Below, in pieces: positions 26,126-35,337 of a stretch of 64,000 bases of DNA; position 1 is the stretch's first letter, and every line of letters begins with the position of its first letter. Both the position numbers and the translations under genes were made by a program. The notes under the pieces were generated by a model, which was not told the origin of the DNA, did no database searches, and was given only the letters and a program-made list of their open reading frames with translations. This DNA is from Dehalococcoidia bacterium (GTDB taxonomy: Bacteria > Chloroflexota > Dehalococcoidia > Lucifugimonadales > UBA1127), in NCBI GenBank assembly GCA_965249605.1, contig OZ252245.1, positions 830,250-894,249 of the forward strand, read 5' to 3'.

Positions 26126-27289
26126 ATGCAGGGCTCACACAACACCGCTTTCCTCGCCGCCATTGCCGTGCTCGCGCTGCTGTTTGCGGCGGCCGCTTGC
26201 AGCAGCAGCCCCGCGGCAAACCCGACGGCCACCGTTACCGCCGTCGTGCCGTCGGGCAAGGAGCCCAACGCCTCGGTGCGCGGCACGATCACGTACAAAG
26301 AGGACATCCCCCTGACCCAGGGGGCGCAGCTCATCGTCAGTCTGCGCGACACCTCGCTGCAGGACGCAGCCGCTCCGCTCATCGCCCAGCTGATCATTGA
26401 GGACCCCGGGCAGGTTCCCATTGCCTTTGAGGTTGAGTACAACCGCCACGACATCGAAGAGCGCAACACGTACTCCGTCAGCGCCCGCATCGTGGAGGCC
26501 GACGGTCGCCTCGCCTTCATCAACGACACGGCGTACGACGTCATCACGCGCGGCAAGCCGGACCGCGTGGACATGCAGCTCAAGTTGGTGCAGCCGCCGC
26601 CCGAGCTGGCAGAGCAGGTGGAAGGCGACCACCGAACGTGGGTGGAAGCGCCGCCCTGGGTCATCCGTGCCAACCGCATCCCCAACGAGCAGGAGCACTT
26701 CCTGCGTATCGATTTCTATCAGTCGAGCGTGGAGGACTGCGCTCGCCCGGGCAGCCAGAGCATCGAGGTTGAGGGGAATGAGATTGCCGCGACACTCACC
26801 CTGCAGCAGCCGCCGAATGTGCCCTGGGACACGGGCTGCGCGGCCGAGTTCGTGGAACTGGAAGCCGTCGAGCCTATTCCCGCTGAGCTATCGGCGGGCA
26901 AGCCCTACACGGTCACCGTGAACGGTGTGGTTGTCAGCACCTTCACACTGCCCGGGGAGGGCCTCCGCGACTCGATCATCGTGAAGTCGCCCGTGCAGCG
27001 CGTCGAGGTGTATGAGTTGGAGAGCGATCCGGTGCAGTACGTCGTTGAGGTGGTCTCCGGCAGGCCGTCGGGAAGCTGCACCCAGTTCAACGGATACGAG
27101 ATCGTCCGAAGGAACGACAATACGATCAACGTGGAGATCACCCACCACCAGATTGTCGACCCGCGGGCCATCTGCACCAAGGACTACCCCATCGAGGAGA
27201 CAACCGTGCCGCTCGGGGCACTGGAGAAGGGTGTTGAGTACACGGTCACCGTCAACGGCGCGCACAAGCAGACGGTCGTGGGTAGGTAG
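26126..27289 (+). CDS. Lipoprotein: YbaY-like N-terminal domain plus two repeated Cys-pair modules
   Basis: Start at ATG 26126 (MQGSHNTAFLAAIAVLALLFAAAAC, lipobox). The N-terminal domain (GTITYKEDIPLTQGAQLIVSLRDTSLQDA...YSVSARI) resembles YbaY-type lipoproteins. It is followed by two ~100-aa modules, each with two Cys and ending in YTVTVNG. Confidence 0.65.
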   Translation: MQGSHNTAFLAAIAVLALLFAAAACSSSPAANPTATVTAVVPSGKEPNASVRGTITYKEDIPLTQGAQLIVSLRDTSLQDAAAPLIAQLIIEDPGQVPIAFEVEYNRHDIEERNTYSVSARIVEADGRLAFINDTAYDVITRGKPDRVDMQLKLVQPPPELAEQVEGDHRTWVEAPPWVIRANRIPNEQEHFLRIDFYQSSVEDCARPGSQSIEVEGNEIAATLTLQQPPNVPWDTGCAAEFVELEAVEPIPAELSAGKPYTVTVNGVVVSTFTLPGEGLRDSIIVKSPVQRVEVYELESDPVQYVVEVVSGRPSGSCTQFNGYEIVRRNDNTINVEITHHQIVDPRAICTKDYPIEETTVPLGALEKGVEYTVTVNGAHKQTVVGR

Positions 27290-27400
27290 CCTGAAGCCGA
27301 ATGTCGAACAGCCCCAGCGGGGGAGGGTTGAGGGGGCCCTCCCCTCCATGCGTCGCGCTATATGGGAGGCGCCACACGACGCGGGCCTCTCGGCGCACGG

Positions 27401-29149
27401 TTACCGGGGCCAGTCGTTGGAATGGGCGTCGGTCTCGACGTCCCCGGGACTGCTGAAGCGGAGCTCGGCGCGCAGGCGGTCCACCAGCCCCTCGACTTCG
27501 GTTTCGTCGGCCCTGTAGCGGAAGAGCGAGTGGCGCAACGCTTCGAGAGCCCCCTCCAGCTCCGGCCAGACCACCTCTCCGACGCCCAGGCGCTTGAGCC
27601 GCTCGCCCTCCTCCCGCTGGCGCACCAGGACCACCGTGTCCAGCTCCGGGTTCATGGCAAGGGCGTTGTGCGCGGTGAGCCAGGTCGAGACGGGGTCGGT
27701 GACGCAAACCACAAGGAGCCTGGCGTACCGCACGCTAGCCGCCTCCAGCACGCGCTCGTTGTGGCTGTCGCCGTGAAGGACGGTAAGGCCGCGCTCCCGC
27801 CACTGCCGGAGGAGGTTGGGGTCAAGGTCTATGGCAATGAATGGGACGTGATGCTCGCTGAGGACCTGCGCCACGAGGGTGCCGACGCGACCCAGGCCGC
27901 ACACGATGGCATGACCACGCATGTGGTGGGGCCGCGTTTCGAATTCAGGGTGGCCGATTCGGTAGGGACGGAGGGACCGGAAGCGGGAGCTCACCGATGT
28001 AAGGGTCGCGGCCCCGCCCGCCAGTATGCCCGGGGTTAGCGCCATCGTGATTACGGCGGATACGATGACCAGCGAAAAGAGTTCATCATCAACAATGCCC
28101 AACTTCAGCGCCGTGGCCGCGAGGAGAAAGCTGAACTCACCGATCTGCATCATGCCGAACCCCACCAGCATCGCCGTAAGCGGCAGATAGCCGAACGCCC
28201 GCCCGATAATCGCCGTGACGCAGAACTTGCCCACCAGCACGACTGCGACGATGGCCAGGACGGGCACGGGGTCCTGCATGATGTGCACGGGGTCTGTGAG
28301 CATGCCCAGGGAGACGAAGAACAGCGCGGCAAACGTGTCGCGGAGCGGGGTGATCTCGCCCAGGGTGCGGTGGCCAAACTCGGACTCGCTGAGCAGGACG
28401 CCGGCCACAAAGGCGCCTAGGGCGGCGGAAAGGCCGGCGGCGCTGGTGAGCGCTGCTGTGGTGAAGGAGATTGCCACCAGCGAGAGGATAAACATCTCGC
28501 GAGACCCAAGCTGCGTTACACGGTGGAGGAGCCACGTCAGGGCGCGGCCCCCCAGCAGGGCCATGCCTCCCAGCACGGCGGCCGCCTTGAGCAGGCCGAT
28601 GACCAGTTCGATGAGAAAGCCGCCGCCTTCGCCGCTCAGCGCCGGCAGGACAGCGATCATAGGGATGAAGGCTAGGTCCTGCACCAGGAGCATGCCGGTG
28701 AGAATGCGTCCGTGGAGGCTCAGCAGGTCTCCTCGGTCGTTCAGGGTCTTCAGGACGACCATCGTGCTGCTGAGTGAGATTGCCAGGGCCAGCGTCACAC
28801 TGCTGGGGGCATCGAGGCCCAGCAGGTGTCCTACGCCGTAGCCTATGGCCCCCATCAACGCAATCTGCGCGAGGGTCCCGAATACAGCGATGTTGCGGAG
28901 CTTCACCACGTCGCGGAAGGAGACCTCAACACCCACGGCAAAGAGCAGCAGGATCACCCCGAACTCGGCAAGCGACTCGACCGTCGCCTGATTGCCGATC
29001 ACCTCCAGCACGTGCGGGCCGATGATCATCCCGGCGGCCAGGTAACCCACCAGCATTGGCAGGCGCAACAAACGCGCCGCCAGCGATCCAACAAACGCGG
29101 CTGCGAAGATGATGACGATGTCCCAGAAGAGGGTAAGCTCGTGGGGCAT
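27401..29149 (-). CDS. Cation:proton antiporter (CPA2, Kef-type) with a C-terminal RCK/TrkA-N domain
   Basis: 582 aa. N-terminus LPMLVGYLAAGMIIGPHVL, about 12 TM segments, then HAIVCGLGRVG (Rossmann GxGxxG). Confidence 0.9.
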   Translation of the reverse strand: MPHELTLFWDIVIIFAAAFVGSLAARLLRLPMLVGYLAAGMIIGPHVLEVIGNQATVESLAEFGVILLLFAVGVEVSFRDVVKLRNIAVFGTLAQIALMGAIGYGVGHLLGLDAPSSVTLALAISLSSTMVVLKTLNDRGDLLSLHGRILTGMLLVQDLAFIPMIAVLPALSGEGGGFLIELVIGLLKAAAVLGGMALLGGRALTWLLHRVTQLGSREMFILSLVAISFTTAALTSAAGLSAALGAFVAGVLLSESEFGHRTLGEITPLRDTFAALFFVSLGMLTDPVHIMQDPVPVLAIVAVVLVGKFCVTAIIGRAFGYLPLTAMLVGFGMMQIGEFSFLLAATALKLGIVDDELFSLVIVSAVITMALTPGILAGGAATLTSVSSRFRSLRPYRIGHPEFETRPHHMRGHAIVCGLGRVGTLVAQVLSEHHVPFIAIDLDPNLLRQWRERGLTVLHGDSHNERVLEAASVRYARLLVVCVTDPVSTWLTAHNALAMNPELDTVVLVRQREEGERLKRLGVGEVVWPELEGALEALRHSLFRYRADETEVEGLVDRLRAELRFSSPGDVETDAHSNDWPR

Positions 29150-29279
29150 CAGTTCGTCCTTCCGGTTGGCTTTCGGCGAGGTGCAGTGGAAGCGGGAGGT
29201 GTCCTGCGGTTGTCCGTACGGGTGTCATGGTAGAGGACGGACGCGGGTGGGGCAAGGAAGGTCTGGAGACGCCGTTTGC

Positions 29280-30554
29280 TTAGGACCCCTGGGGAGTCGA
29301 CGCGGACCGGGCGGCCCGAATGCGGTCGAGGCGGCCCCGAATGCCCGTCTCCGGCATGAGTATGCCGTTGATGAAGAGGGTGATGTTCAGTGGCGCAACG
29401 ATAAACAGGCCAATGAAGAGCGAACCAGTCGCTTCCTCCATGATCCCGACGAAGAGCGGGCCCCACATTGCGCTGAGAGGGAAAAGGGTGCGCATAAGGC
29501 CCTGCGCCACGGCGACCTCGCGGTGGGTGAGGCGCATGTCCATGGGGATGGTGAAGAGCACGGGAGGCACTGCCATCGCGGAGACGCCGGCGGTGAAGAG
29601 GAACAGCGCGGCAAGAGGTACGTTCGATGCCTGCAATAGCAGAAGGTAGCTCGCCGGCAGAATGAGACCGGGGACCCAGATGAAGGGCTTTCGCCTTCCC
29701 ATCCACTGGGATAGCGGTCCTGACGACAGCGTGCCCACGATGCCGCCGACGGGGAACGCGCTCATCAGCAAGCCCGCCGTTTCCAGGGAGATGTTCAGCT
29801 TTTCGATGGAGTAGGTGGGGTAGAAGGTAAGAATGGCGCCGAAGCAAATTGCGACGCCCACTTGCGCACTCGCGACGACCCAAAGCGACTTATGGCGTCG
29901 CAGCACGCCCGCCGGGTTTATCTCCGGCGGTGGAGGAGCTCCCTCGACCCTTCCCGCGCGGTTCTCGCGGCCAAGGAATACCCAGGACAGGGTGATGAGC
30001 AGCAGCATCGCCGCGGCCATGTAGTAATAGCCCCGCCATCCTCCCAACACCAAGATGAGCGCAGGCGCCGCCGCCAGTGACAGCGTCTGCCCGAATGAGC
30101 GGTTGCCGAAGTCCAGGCTGTTGATGGACGCGTAGAGCCGGGGCCGGAACCACTGCTGAATGAACATAACCTGTATCTGGGTCCTCGCGGCGGCAAGCAT
30201 GACAAAGAGGAACCTGCCGAGCATCAGGAGGAGCGCGCCGGGGGCCAGCGCCTGTATCAGCGTGGTCGCCGCCATGCCGAGACAGCATAGGAGCGTGATG
30301 AGCTTGGGGCTGTAGCGCGTAAGCCAGATGCTCGCGGGGAGCGCCATGAGGCCGAAGCCAAAGAAGCCTACGGTGCCCATGAGGCCCGCCTGGGTCGGGG
30401 TCAGGTTGAGCTCGTCCTTCCAGATAGGCACCATGACGCCCAGGGAAAAGAAGATGAGGTTGTTGACCTGGTCCATGGCCCATAGATGGGGCATGACTAC
30501 CCAGGCGTAACGGGGTTGGCTGGCGTTGCGCCCGATGTTTGGCTGCGCGCTCAT
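29280..30554 (-). CDS. MFS transporter (unrelated subfamily to the FFYGWVIV group)
   Basis: Polytopic membrane protein. Start tentatively at ATG 30554 (MSAQPNIGRN...). The track ORF extends to 30716, and the start is uncertain. Confidence 0.75.
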   Translation of the reverse strand: MSAQPNIGRNASQPRYAWVVMPHLWAMDQVNNLIFFSLGVMVPIWKDELNLTPTQAGLMGTVGFFGFGLMALPASIWLTRYSPKLITLLCCLGMAATTLIQALAPGALLLMLGRFLFVMLAAARTQIQVMFIQQWFRPRLYASINSLDFGNRSFGQTLSLAAAPALILVLGGWRGYYYMAAAMLLLITLSWVFLGRENRAGRVEGAPPPPEINPAGVLRRHKSLWVVASAQVGVAICFGAILTFYPTYSIEKLNISLETAGLLMSAFPVGGIVGTLSSGPLSQWMGRRKPFIWVPGLILPASYLLLLQASNVPLAALFLFTAGVSAMAVPPVLFTIPMDMRLTHREVAVAQGLMRTLFPLSAMWGPLFVGIMEEATGSLFIGLFIVAPLNITLFINGILMPETGIRGRLDRIRAARSASTPQGS

Positions 30555-31163
30555 GAGTGGGCGCTTCCAGGGAGGAGTTTCATCCCATCCATCTTGACAC
30601 GGAGGGAACCCCAACACAATTGCGAGGGCCGGGCGCCAGCCCTCGGATGCGGCTGCGTGATTCGAGGCTGGAACCTTCACGCCGCGCGTCGCTCTTCTAG
30701 CAATCGCTAGATACAAGCCGGATGTGTTCTATTCACCTAACCGATAACATATGTCCGCCCAGCAACGATCTTGCGAATATTGAAAATGTGCATGAATCGT
30801 CGTGAATTGGAAGAAAATGGGCGATATACAAAAATAACATCTGGCGAGTTAGCGATGTTGCGTAAATTCTTTGGCTATTGTCGTTGGGAATATGACGAAA
30901 TCGGTCGCCCGGTCGGTTTGACATGCCTTGCGCTCGGCCATAGCATCCCCTCGTCACCGGCAACACATTGAGGGCCGCTGCATTGCGTCCCTTACGCCTG
31001 AAGAACGGTTAGCGGCTATGTTTAGACAAATCGCACTCTACCAGAATAAATGGATCACCCCGGGTCAGGCCCTCGCCGACCTGGGCTTACGCAATCGCGT
31101 CCCCTGACCTCACTACCGGCCAACTTCTTTCTTCTCTCAGGCCTTACCAATCAGGAGGATGCT

Positions 31164-31529
31164 ATGCGTACTGTTTTGAAGTCAAAGATCCACCGTGGCT
31201 ACGTTACCGGCACGGGCTTGGACTATGTCGGCAGCGTTGAGATTGACCGTGCCCTGATGCAGAAGTGCGACCTCTGGGAATACGAGCAGGTCGTCATCTG
31301 CAACGTCAACAACGGCAACCGCTGGGAGACCTACGTCCTGCCCGCCGAGTACGGCTCCGGCACAATCGCCGTGCAGGGACCGGGCGCGCGCCTCTGCGAG
31401 CCGGGCGACATCGTCGTCATTCTCGCCTACGAGGTCACCGACGCCCCCATCGAACCCAAGCAAATCCTTGTCGACGAGAACAACCGCTTTACCGACTACC
31501 TTAGGACGAAGTATGAACAGAGGGTTTAG
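31164..31529 (+). CDS. panD: Aspartate 1-decarboxylase (pyruvoyl-dependent)
   Basis: Start at ATG 31164 (AGGAGG upstream). MRTVLKSKIHRGYVTGTGLDYVGSVEID carries the G-S self-processing site. Confidence 0.9.
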   Translation: MRTVLKSKIHRGYVTGTGLDYVGSVEIDRALMQKCDLWEYEQVVICNVNNGNRWETYVLPAEYGSGTIAVQGPGARLCEPGDIVVILAYEVTDAPIEPKQILVDENNRFTDYLRTKYEQRV

Positions 31530-32337
31530 CGAAGCCGAAACCGAGCGGTTCTACGACGAAGAGGACGCCATCTACCGCTCCTTCTGGGACTCCGAAGGCA
31601 GCCTGCACTGGGGCTACTTCGACGAGACCACCAGCGGAGACTTCATGCGGGCCTCTGCCAGGCTGGACAAGGTCATGGCGGCAAAGGGCCGCATCGACGC
31701 GAGCTCCCGCGTGCTGGATCTGGGATGCGGCAATGGTGTCACCTCGCGGTGGCTGGCCGCAACGTACGGGTGTCATGTAACCGGCATCGACCTGAGCAGT
31801 GTCCGTGTGAACAATGCCCGGGATATGGCGTCGCGGGAGTTTGAGGAGCTGCAGCGGTTGATGCGCTTCGAGCACGGCTCCGCGACGGACCTCCCCTTCG
31901 AGGACGGCGAGTTCACCCACGTTTGGAGCCAGGCCACCATCTACCATGTGCCGGACAAGGAGAAAGCCCTGCAGGAGTCCCGCCGCGTCCTGGCGCAGGG
32001 CGGCCTGCTGGTGCTGGACGACCTGCTGAAGCCCAAGCCGGTCGTGAGCGAGCAATCGCGCCAGTACGTCTACGACCGCCTGCTCTTCGACACGCCCCTC
32101 AGCTTTACCGGATACCAGGACTACCTGAAGCGGATCGGCTTCACCATCCTGGAGGCGGAGGATCTCTCTGTGTACCTGAAGCAGAGCTACCAGCACCTGG
32201 GCGCGATGGCCCGTGAGCATGCCCGTGGCGAGCTCGAGGAGAAGCTGACGGCGCTGAACTTCGCGTACGGGAAAATGGTGGAGGCTGTAGATTGTGGAGA
32301 GCTCGGCTGGGGCCTGTACATCGCGCAAGCAAGCTAG
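31513..32337 (+). CDS. SAM-dependent methyltransferase of the sarcosine/dimethylglycine N-methyltransferase-like (FYD..W....H.GYF) group
   Basis: ATG 31513 overlaps the panD 3' end by 17 nt. Motifs are FYDEEDAIYRSFWDSEGSLHWGYFDE, VLDLGCGNG, WSQATIYHVPDK and C-terminal GWGLYIAQ. They resemble SDMT as I recall it, but the N-terminal motif is shared with other methyltransferases of this fold. Confidence 0.8.
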   Translation: MNRGFSEAETERFYDEEDAIYRSFWDSEGSLHWGYFDETTSGDFMRASARLDKVMAAKGRIDASSRVLDLGCGNGVTSRWLAATYGCHVTGIDLSSVRVNNARDMASREFEELQRLMRFEHGSATDLPFEDGEFTHVWSQATIYHVPDKEKALQESRRVLAQGGLLVLDDLLKPKPVVSEQSRQYVYDRLLFDTPLSFTGYQDYLKRIGFTILEAEDLSVYLKQSYQHLGAMAREHARGELEEKLTALNFAYGKMVEAVDCGELGWGLYIAQAS

Positions 32338-32386
32338 CCTGCGCGAAGAGACTGACATAACGAGACCACGCATGGAGGACCAAGCA

Positions 32387-33013
32387 ATGACCGGGCAAAA
32401 CAGGGTGCAGTGGATCTACTCGTCCAAGGACGTCAACGAGCTTCAAGAGCGCTATGACGTTTGGGCAGCCGATTACGACTCGGACCTGGATCGCGACTTC
32501 GGTTGGTATGGCCCGCAGCTGGCCGCGGGAGTCCTCGAGAAGTACGCGCCGTCCACCGCGCGCATCCTGGACGCCGGAGCGGGCACGGGGCTGGTCGGCA
32601 AAGTGCTGAAGGAGAAGGGCTACTCCTCCATCGTCGCGATGGACCTCTCCGAGGGCATGCTGGAGATAGCCAGGAAGACCGAGGCGTACGAGAGCCTCGA
32701 CCAGATGACCATGGGCGAGACCCTTGGCTACGAGACGGACAGCTTTGACGCCGCAATTAGTGTGGGCGTGTTCACTGTCGGCCACGTACCGGCAAATGGC
32801 CTCGATGAACTGGTGCGCGTGGTCAAGCCGGGGGGGCACATCGTTTACTCGCTGCGCCCCGACGTGTACGAGGAGAACGGCTTCAAGGAGAAGCACGCGG
32901 AGCTAGAGGCCGCCGGCAAGGCCGCCGTCGTGGAGGCGACCGAGCCAGAGCACGTGCTGCCCATCGGCGAGCCGGAGGTGGAGCACCAGGTCTGGGTGCT
33001 CCGGGTTACCTAG
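32387..33013 (+). CDS. Class I SAM-dependent methyltransferase (Methyltransf_11, METTL27/WBSCR27-like), tandem copy A
   Basis: Start at ATG 32387 (GGAGGA upstream), 208 aa. Motifs: RYDVWAADYDSD, ILDAGAGTGLVG, VKPGGHIV. Confidence 0.8.
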   Translation: MTGQNRVQWIYSSKDVNELQERYDVWAADYDSDLDRDFGWYGPQLAAGVLEKYAPSTARILDAGAGTGLVGKVLKEKGYSSIVAMDLSEGMLEIARKTEAYESLDQMTMGETLGYETDSFDAAISVGVFTVGHVPANGLDELVRVVKPGGHIVYSLRPDVYEENGFKEKHAELEAAGKAAVVEATEPEHVLPIGEPEVEHQVWVLRVT

Positions 33014-33037
33014 TTGTACGGGCAAAGGAGGTCTGCC

Positions 33038-33664
33038 ATGACCGAGCAGAACAGGGTGCAGTGGGTCTACTCGTCCAGGGACAATGCGGAGCTTGAGGCC
33101 CGCTACGACGAGTGGGCGTCCGAGTATGACGCGGATGTCATCGACGAGTTCGGCTACTTCGGGCCGCAGCGAGGCGCGGATATCCTCCAGAAGTACGCGC
33201 CAACGAGCGCACACATCCTCGACGCCGGCGCGGGCACAGGCCTTGTCGGCGCGGCGCTGAAGGAGAAGGGCTACGGTTCCATCGTCGCCATGGACCTGTC
33301 CAACGGCATGCTGGAAGAGGCGAAGAAGACCGGCGCCTACGAGAGCTGCGACCAGATGGTGCTCGGCGAGACGCTGGGCTACGAGACCGCCAGCTTTGAC
33401 GCAACCATCAGCATCGGCACGTTCTCGCTCGCCCACGCGCCGGCCAGCGGCCTCGACGAGCTGGTGCGGGTCACCAAGCCCGGGGGCCACATCGTCTACT
33501 CCGTCCGGGCCGACGTCTATGTCGAAAGCGGCTTCCAGGCCAAGCACGAGGAGCTCAACGCCGCCGGCAAGATCACGATCGTGGAGGGGACGGCGCCGGA
33601 GCACCTGCTGCCCAAGGGCGAGCCTGAGCTGGAGCACCAGTTCTGGGTCCTCAAGGTCAACTAG
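33038..33664 (+). CDS. Class I SAM-dependent methyltransferase, tandem copy B
   Basis: Start at ATG 33038 (AAGGAGG upstream), also 208 aa. Colinear with copy A. Confidence 0.8.
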   Translation: MTEQNRVQWVYSSRDNAELEARYDEWASEYDADVIDEFGYFGPQRGADILQKYAPTSAHILDAGAGTGLVGAALKEKGYGSIVAMDLSNGMLEEAKKTGAYESCDQMVLGETLGYETASFDATISIGTFSLAHAPASGLDELVRVTKPGGHIVYSVRADVYVESGFQAKHEELNAAGKITIVEGTAPEHLLPKGEPELEHQFWVLKVN

Positions 33665-33695
33665 ACCAAGAACCCACGGCAACGCGAACCACAAG

Positions 33696-33724
33696 GGGCC
33701 CGGCGCACCGCTGGGCCCGTCTTG
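33696..33724 (+). terminator. Stem-loop after the methyltransferase genes
   Basis: GGGCCCGGC pairs with GCTGGGCCC (one G-U pair), followed by gtcttg. Confidence 0.45.
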
Positions 33725-33832
33725 ATGTACAGCCTCGCAGCTTGCCACGCGCGCCCCGATGCTGCTACCGTTCCGCTGCATCCCGCGTCGTCGAAGTGCT
33801 GCGCCGCGGGCGAGCATCGCATGGAGGCAACA

Positions 33833-34222
33833 ATGGGCAGAAGGCAGACCATCCACATCCCCGGCGTCGCCCACAATGCGCCGATACCCTTTGGCGCGCG
33901 CGTCGGCAACATCGTCTACAGCTCCGGCATCCAGGGCATCAACGCCGACAACGGCGAGCTGAGCGAGGACGTCGCCGAGCAGGCGCGGCAATGCTTCCGC
34001 AACCTTCGAACGTTCCTGGATCACGCGGGCGCCACACCGGACGACGTCGTGCGGCTCACGTGCTACTTGCAGGACTTTGGCGACCGAACCCACATCAACG
34101 CGCCGTGGCTCGAGATGTTCCCGGACGAGAACGACCGTCCGGCGCGGCACACCAGCCAGTACAACCCACCCCCCGGCGGCATGAAGGTGCAGATAGAGGT
34201 CATCGCGGTGGTGGAGGACTAG
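33833..34222 (+). CDS. RidA/YjgF-family (reactive intermediate/imine deaminase) protein
   Basis: Start at ATG 33833 (GGAGG upstream). Typical family blocks (VGNIVYSSGIQG, QARQCFRNLRTFLDHAGATPDDVV, VQIEVIAVV). Confidence 0.85.
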   Translation: MGRRQTIHIPGVAHNAPIPFGARVGNIVYSSGIQGINADNGELSEDVAEQARQCFRNLRTFLDHAGATPDDVVRLTCYLQDFGDRTHINAPWLEMFPDENDRPARHTSQYNPPPGGMKVQIEVIAVVED

Positions 34223-34259
34223 CGGGCGGGCTCCGTAGGATTGGAAAAGAGGAGGAAAC

Positions 34260-35225
34260 ATGAAGGCGGTACAGGTATTGGAGGCCGGCGGGCCGGAAGT
34301 CCTGAAGTACATGGACGTGGACGATCCGACGCCCGGTCCCGGCGAGGCGCTCGTTGAGCTGAAGGCGGCGGGCGTCAATTACATGGACGTCTACGTCCGG
34401 TCCGGCGCGAACAACCCCGCGCTCCCCATCATCCCCGGCGGCGAGGGCTCTGGCATCGTCGTGGAGGTTGGCGAGGGCGTGACCGAGGTGGCTGTCGGCG
34501 ACCGCGTCGCGTACACCGGCGCGGGGCGGTCGTATGCCGAGAGGGTCGTCGCGCCGTCGTGGCGGCTGATCAAGGTGCCCGACGATCTCGACATCGAGGT
34601 GGGCGCGGCGGTCATGCTCCAGGGCATGACCGCGCACTACCTCTCGAACTCCACGTACCCGCTCAAAGAGGGCGACACCGCGCTGGTGCACTCCGGCGCG
34701 GGCGGCGTCGGCCTGCTGCTCATCCAGATGGCCAAGATGCGGGGCGCGACGGTCATCACCACCGTCTCCACCGGCGAGAAGGCGGAGCTGGCGAAGGGCG
34801 CCGGCGCGGACCACGTCATCCTGTACACCCAGCAGGACTTCGCTGAAGAGGTAAAAAACATCACCGGCGGGGCCGGCGTGCAGGTGGTGTACGACGCCGT
34901 GGGCGCCGACACCTTTGAGGGCGGCATTGCCTGCCTGGCGCCCCGCGGCCTGATGGCCCTCTACGGCCAATCGAGCGGGCCTGTGCCGACGGTCACCCTG
35001 TCGACGCTGAACCCCAAGTCGCTGTACCTGACGAGGCCGGGCCTGAACTCGTACACGGCGACTCGTGAGGAGCTTGAAGCGCGCGCCGGAGAGGTGCTGG
35101 GCTGGGTGCAGTCGGGGAAGCTCAACGTGAGGGTGCACGGCCGCTTCGCGCTGCAGGACGCCTCGGAGGCGCACCGGCAGTTGCAGGGCCGGCTGACCAC
35201 CGGCAAACTGCTGCTGATTCCATAG
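34260..35225 (+). CDS. NADPH:quinone oxidoreductase, zinc-independent MDR family
   Basis: 321 aa: MKAVQVLEAGGPEVLKY, GAGGVGLLLIQMAK, C-terminal HRQLQGRLTTGKLLLIP. Confidence 0.9.
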   Translation: MKAVQVLEAGGPEVLKYMDVDDPTPGPGEALVELKAAGVNYMDVYVRSGANNPALPIIPGGEGSGIVVEVGEGVTEVAVGDRVAYTGAGRSYAERVVAPSWRLIKVPDDLDIEVGAAVMLQGMTAHYLSNSTYPLKEGDTALVHSGAGGVGLLLIQMAKMRGATVITTVSTGEKAELAKGAGADHVILYTQQDFAEEVKNITGGAGVQVVYDAVGADTFEGGIACLAPRGLMALYGQSSGPVPTVTLSTLNPKSLYLTRPGLNSYTATREELEARAGEVLGWVQSGKLNVRVHGRFALQDASEAHRQLQGRLTTGKLLLIP

Positions 35226-35337
35226 GCGAATGTACAATATCGCGATTCTTGTCTAGCGTGCGCGCGTGGAGTGGAGTACACTCGCGGGCAAGTTCTAGTT
35301 TCCGGAAAGTGCATAGACTCAAGAGGAGGCTTCAGCA

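Noticed and set aside
30771-30971. A 66-aa plus-strand ORF in the AT-rich spacer upstream of panD.
   Set aside because: It has no SD and no recognisable family. An overlapping minus-strand ORF of similar length is equally plausible. It was not called as a gene and is only flagged as an anomalous region.
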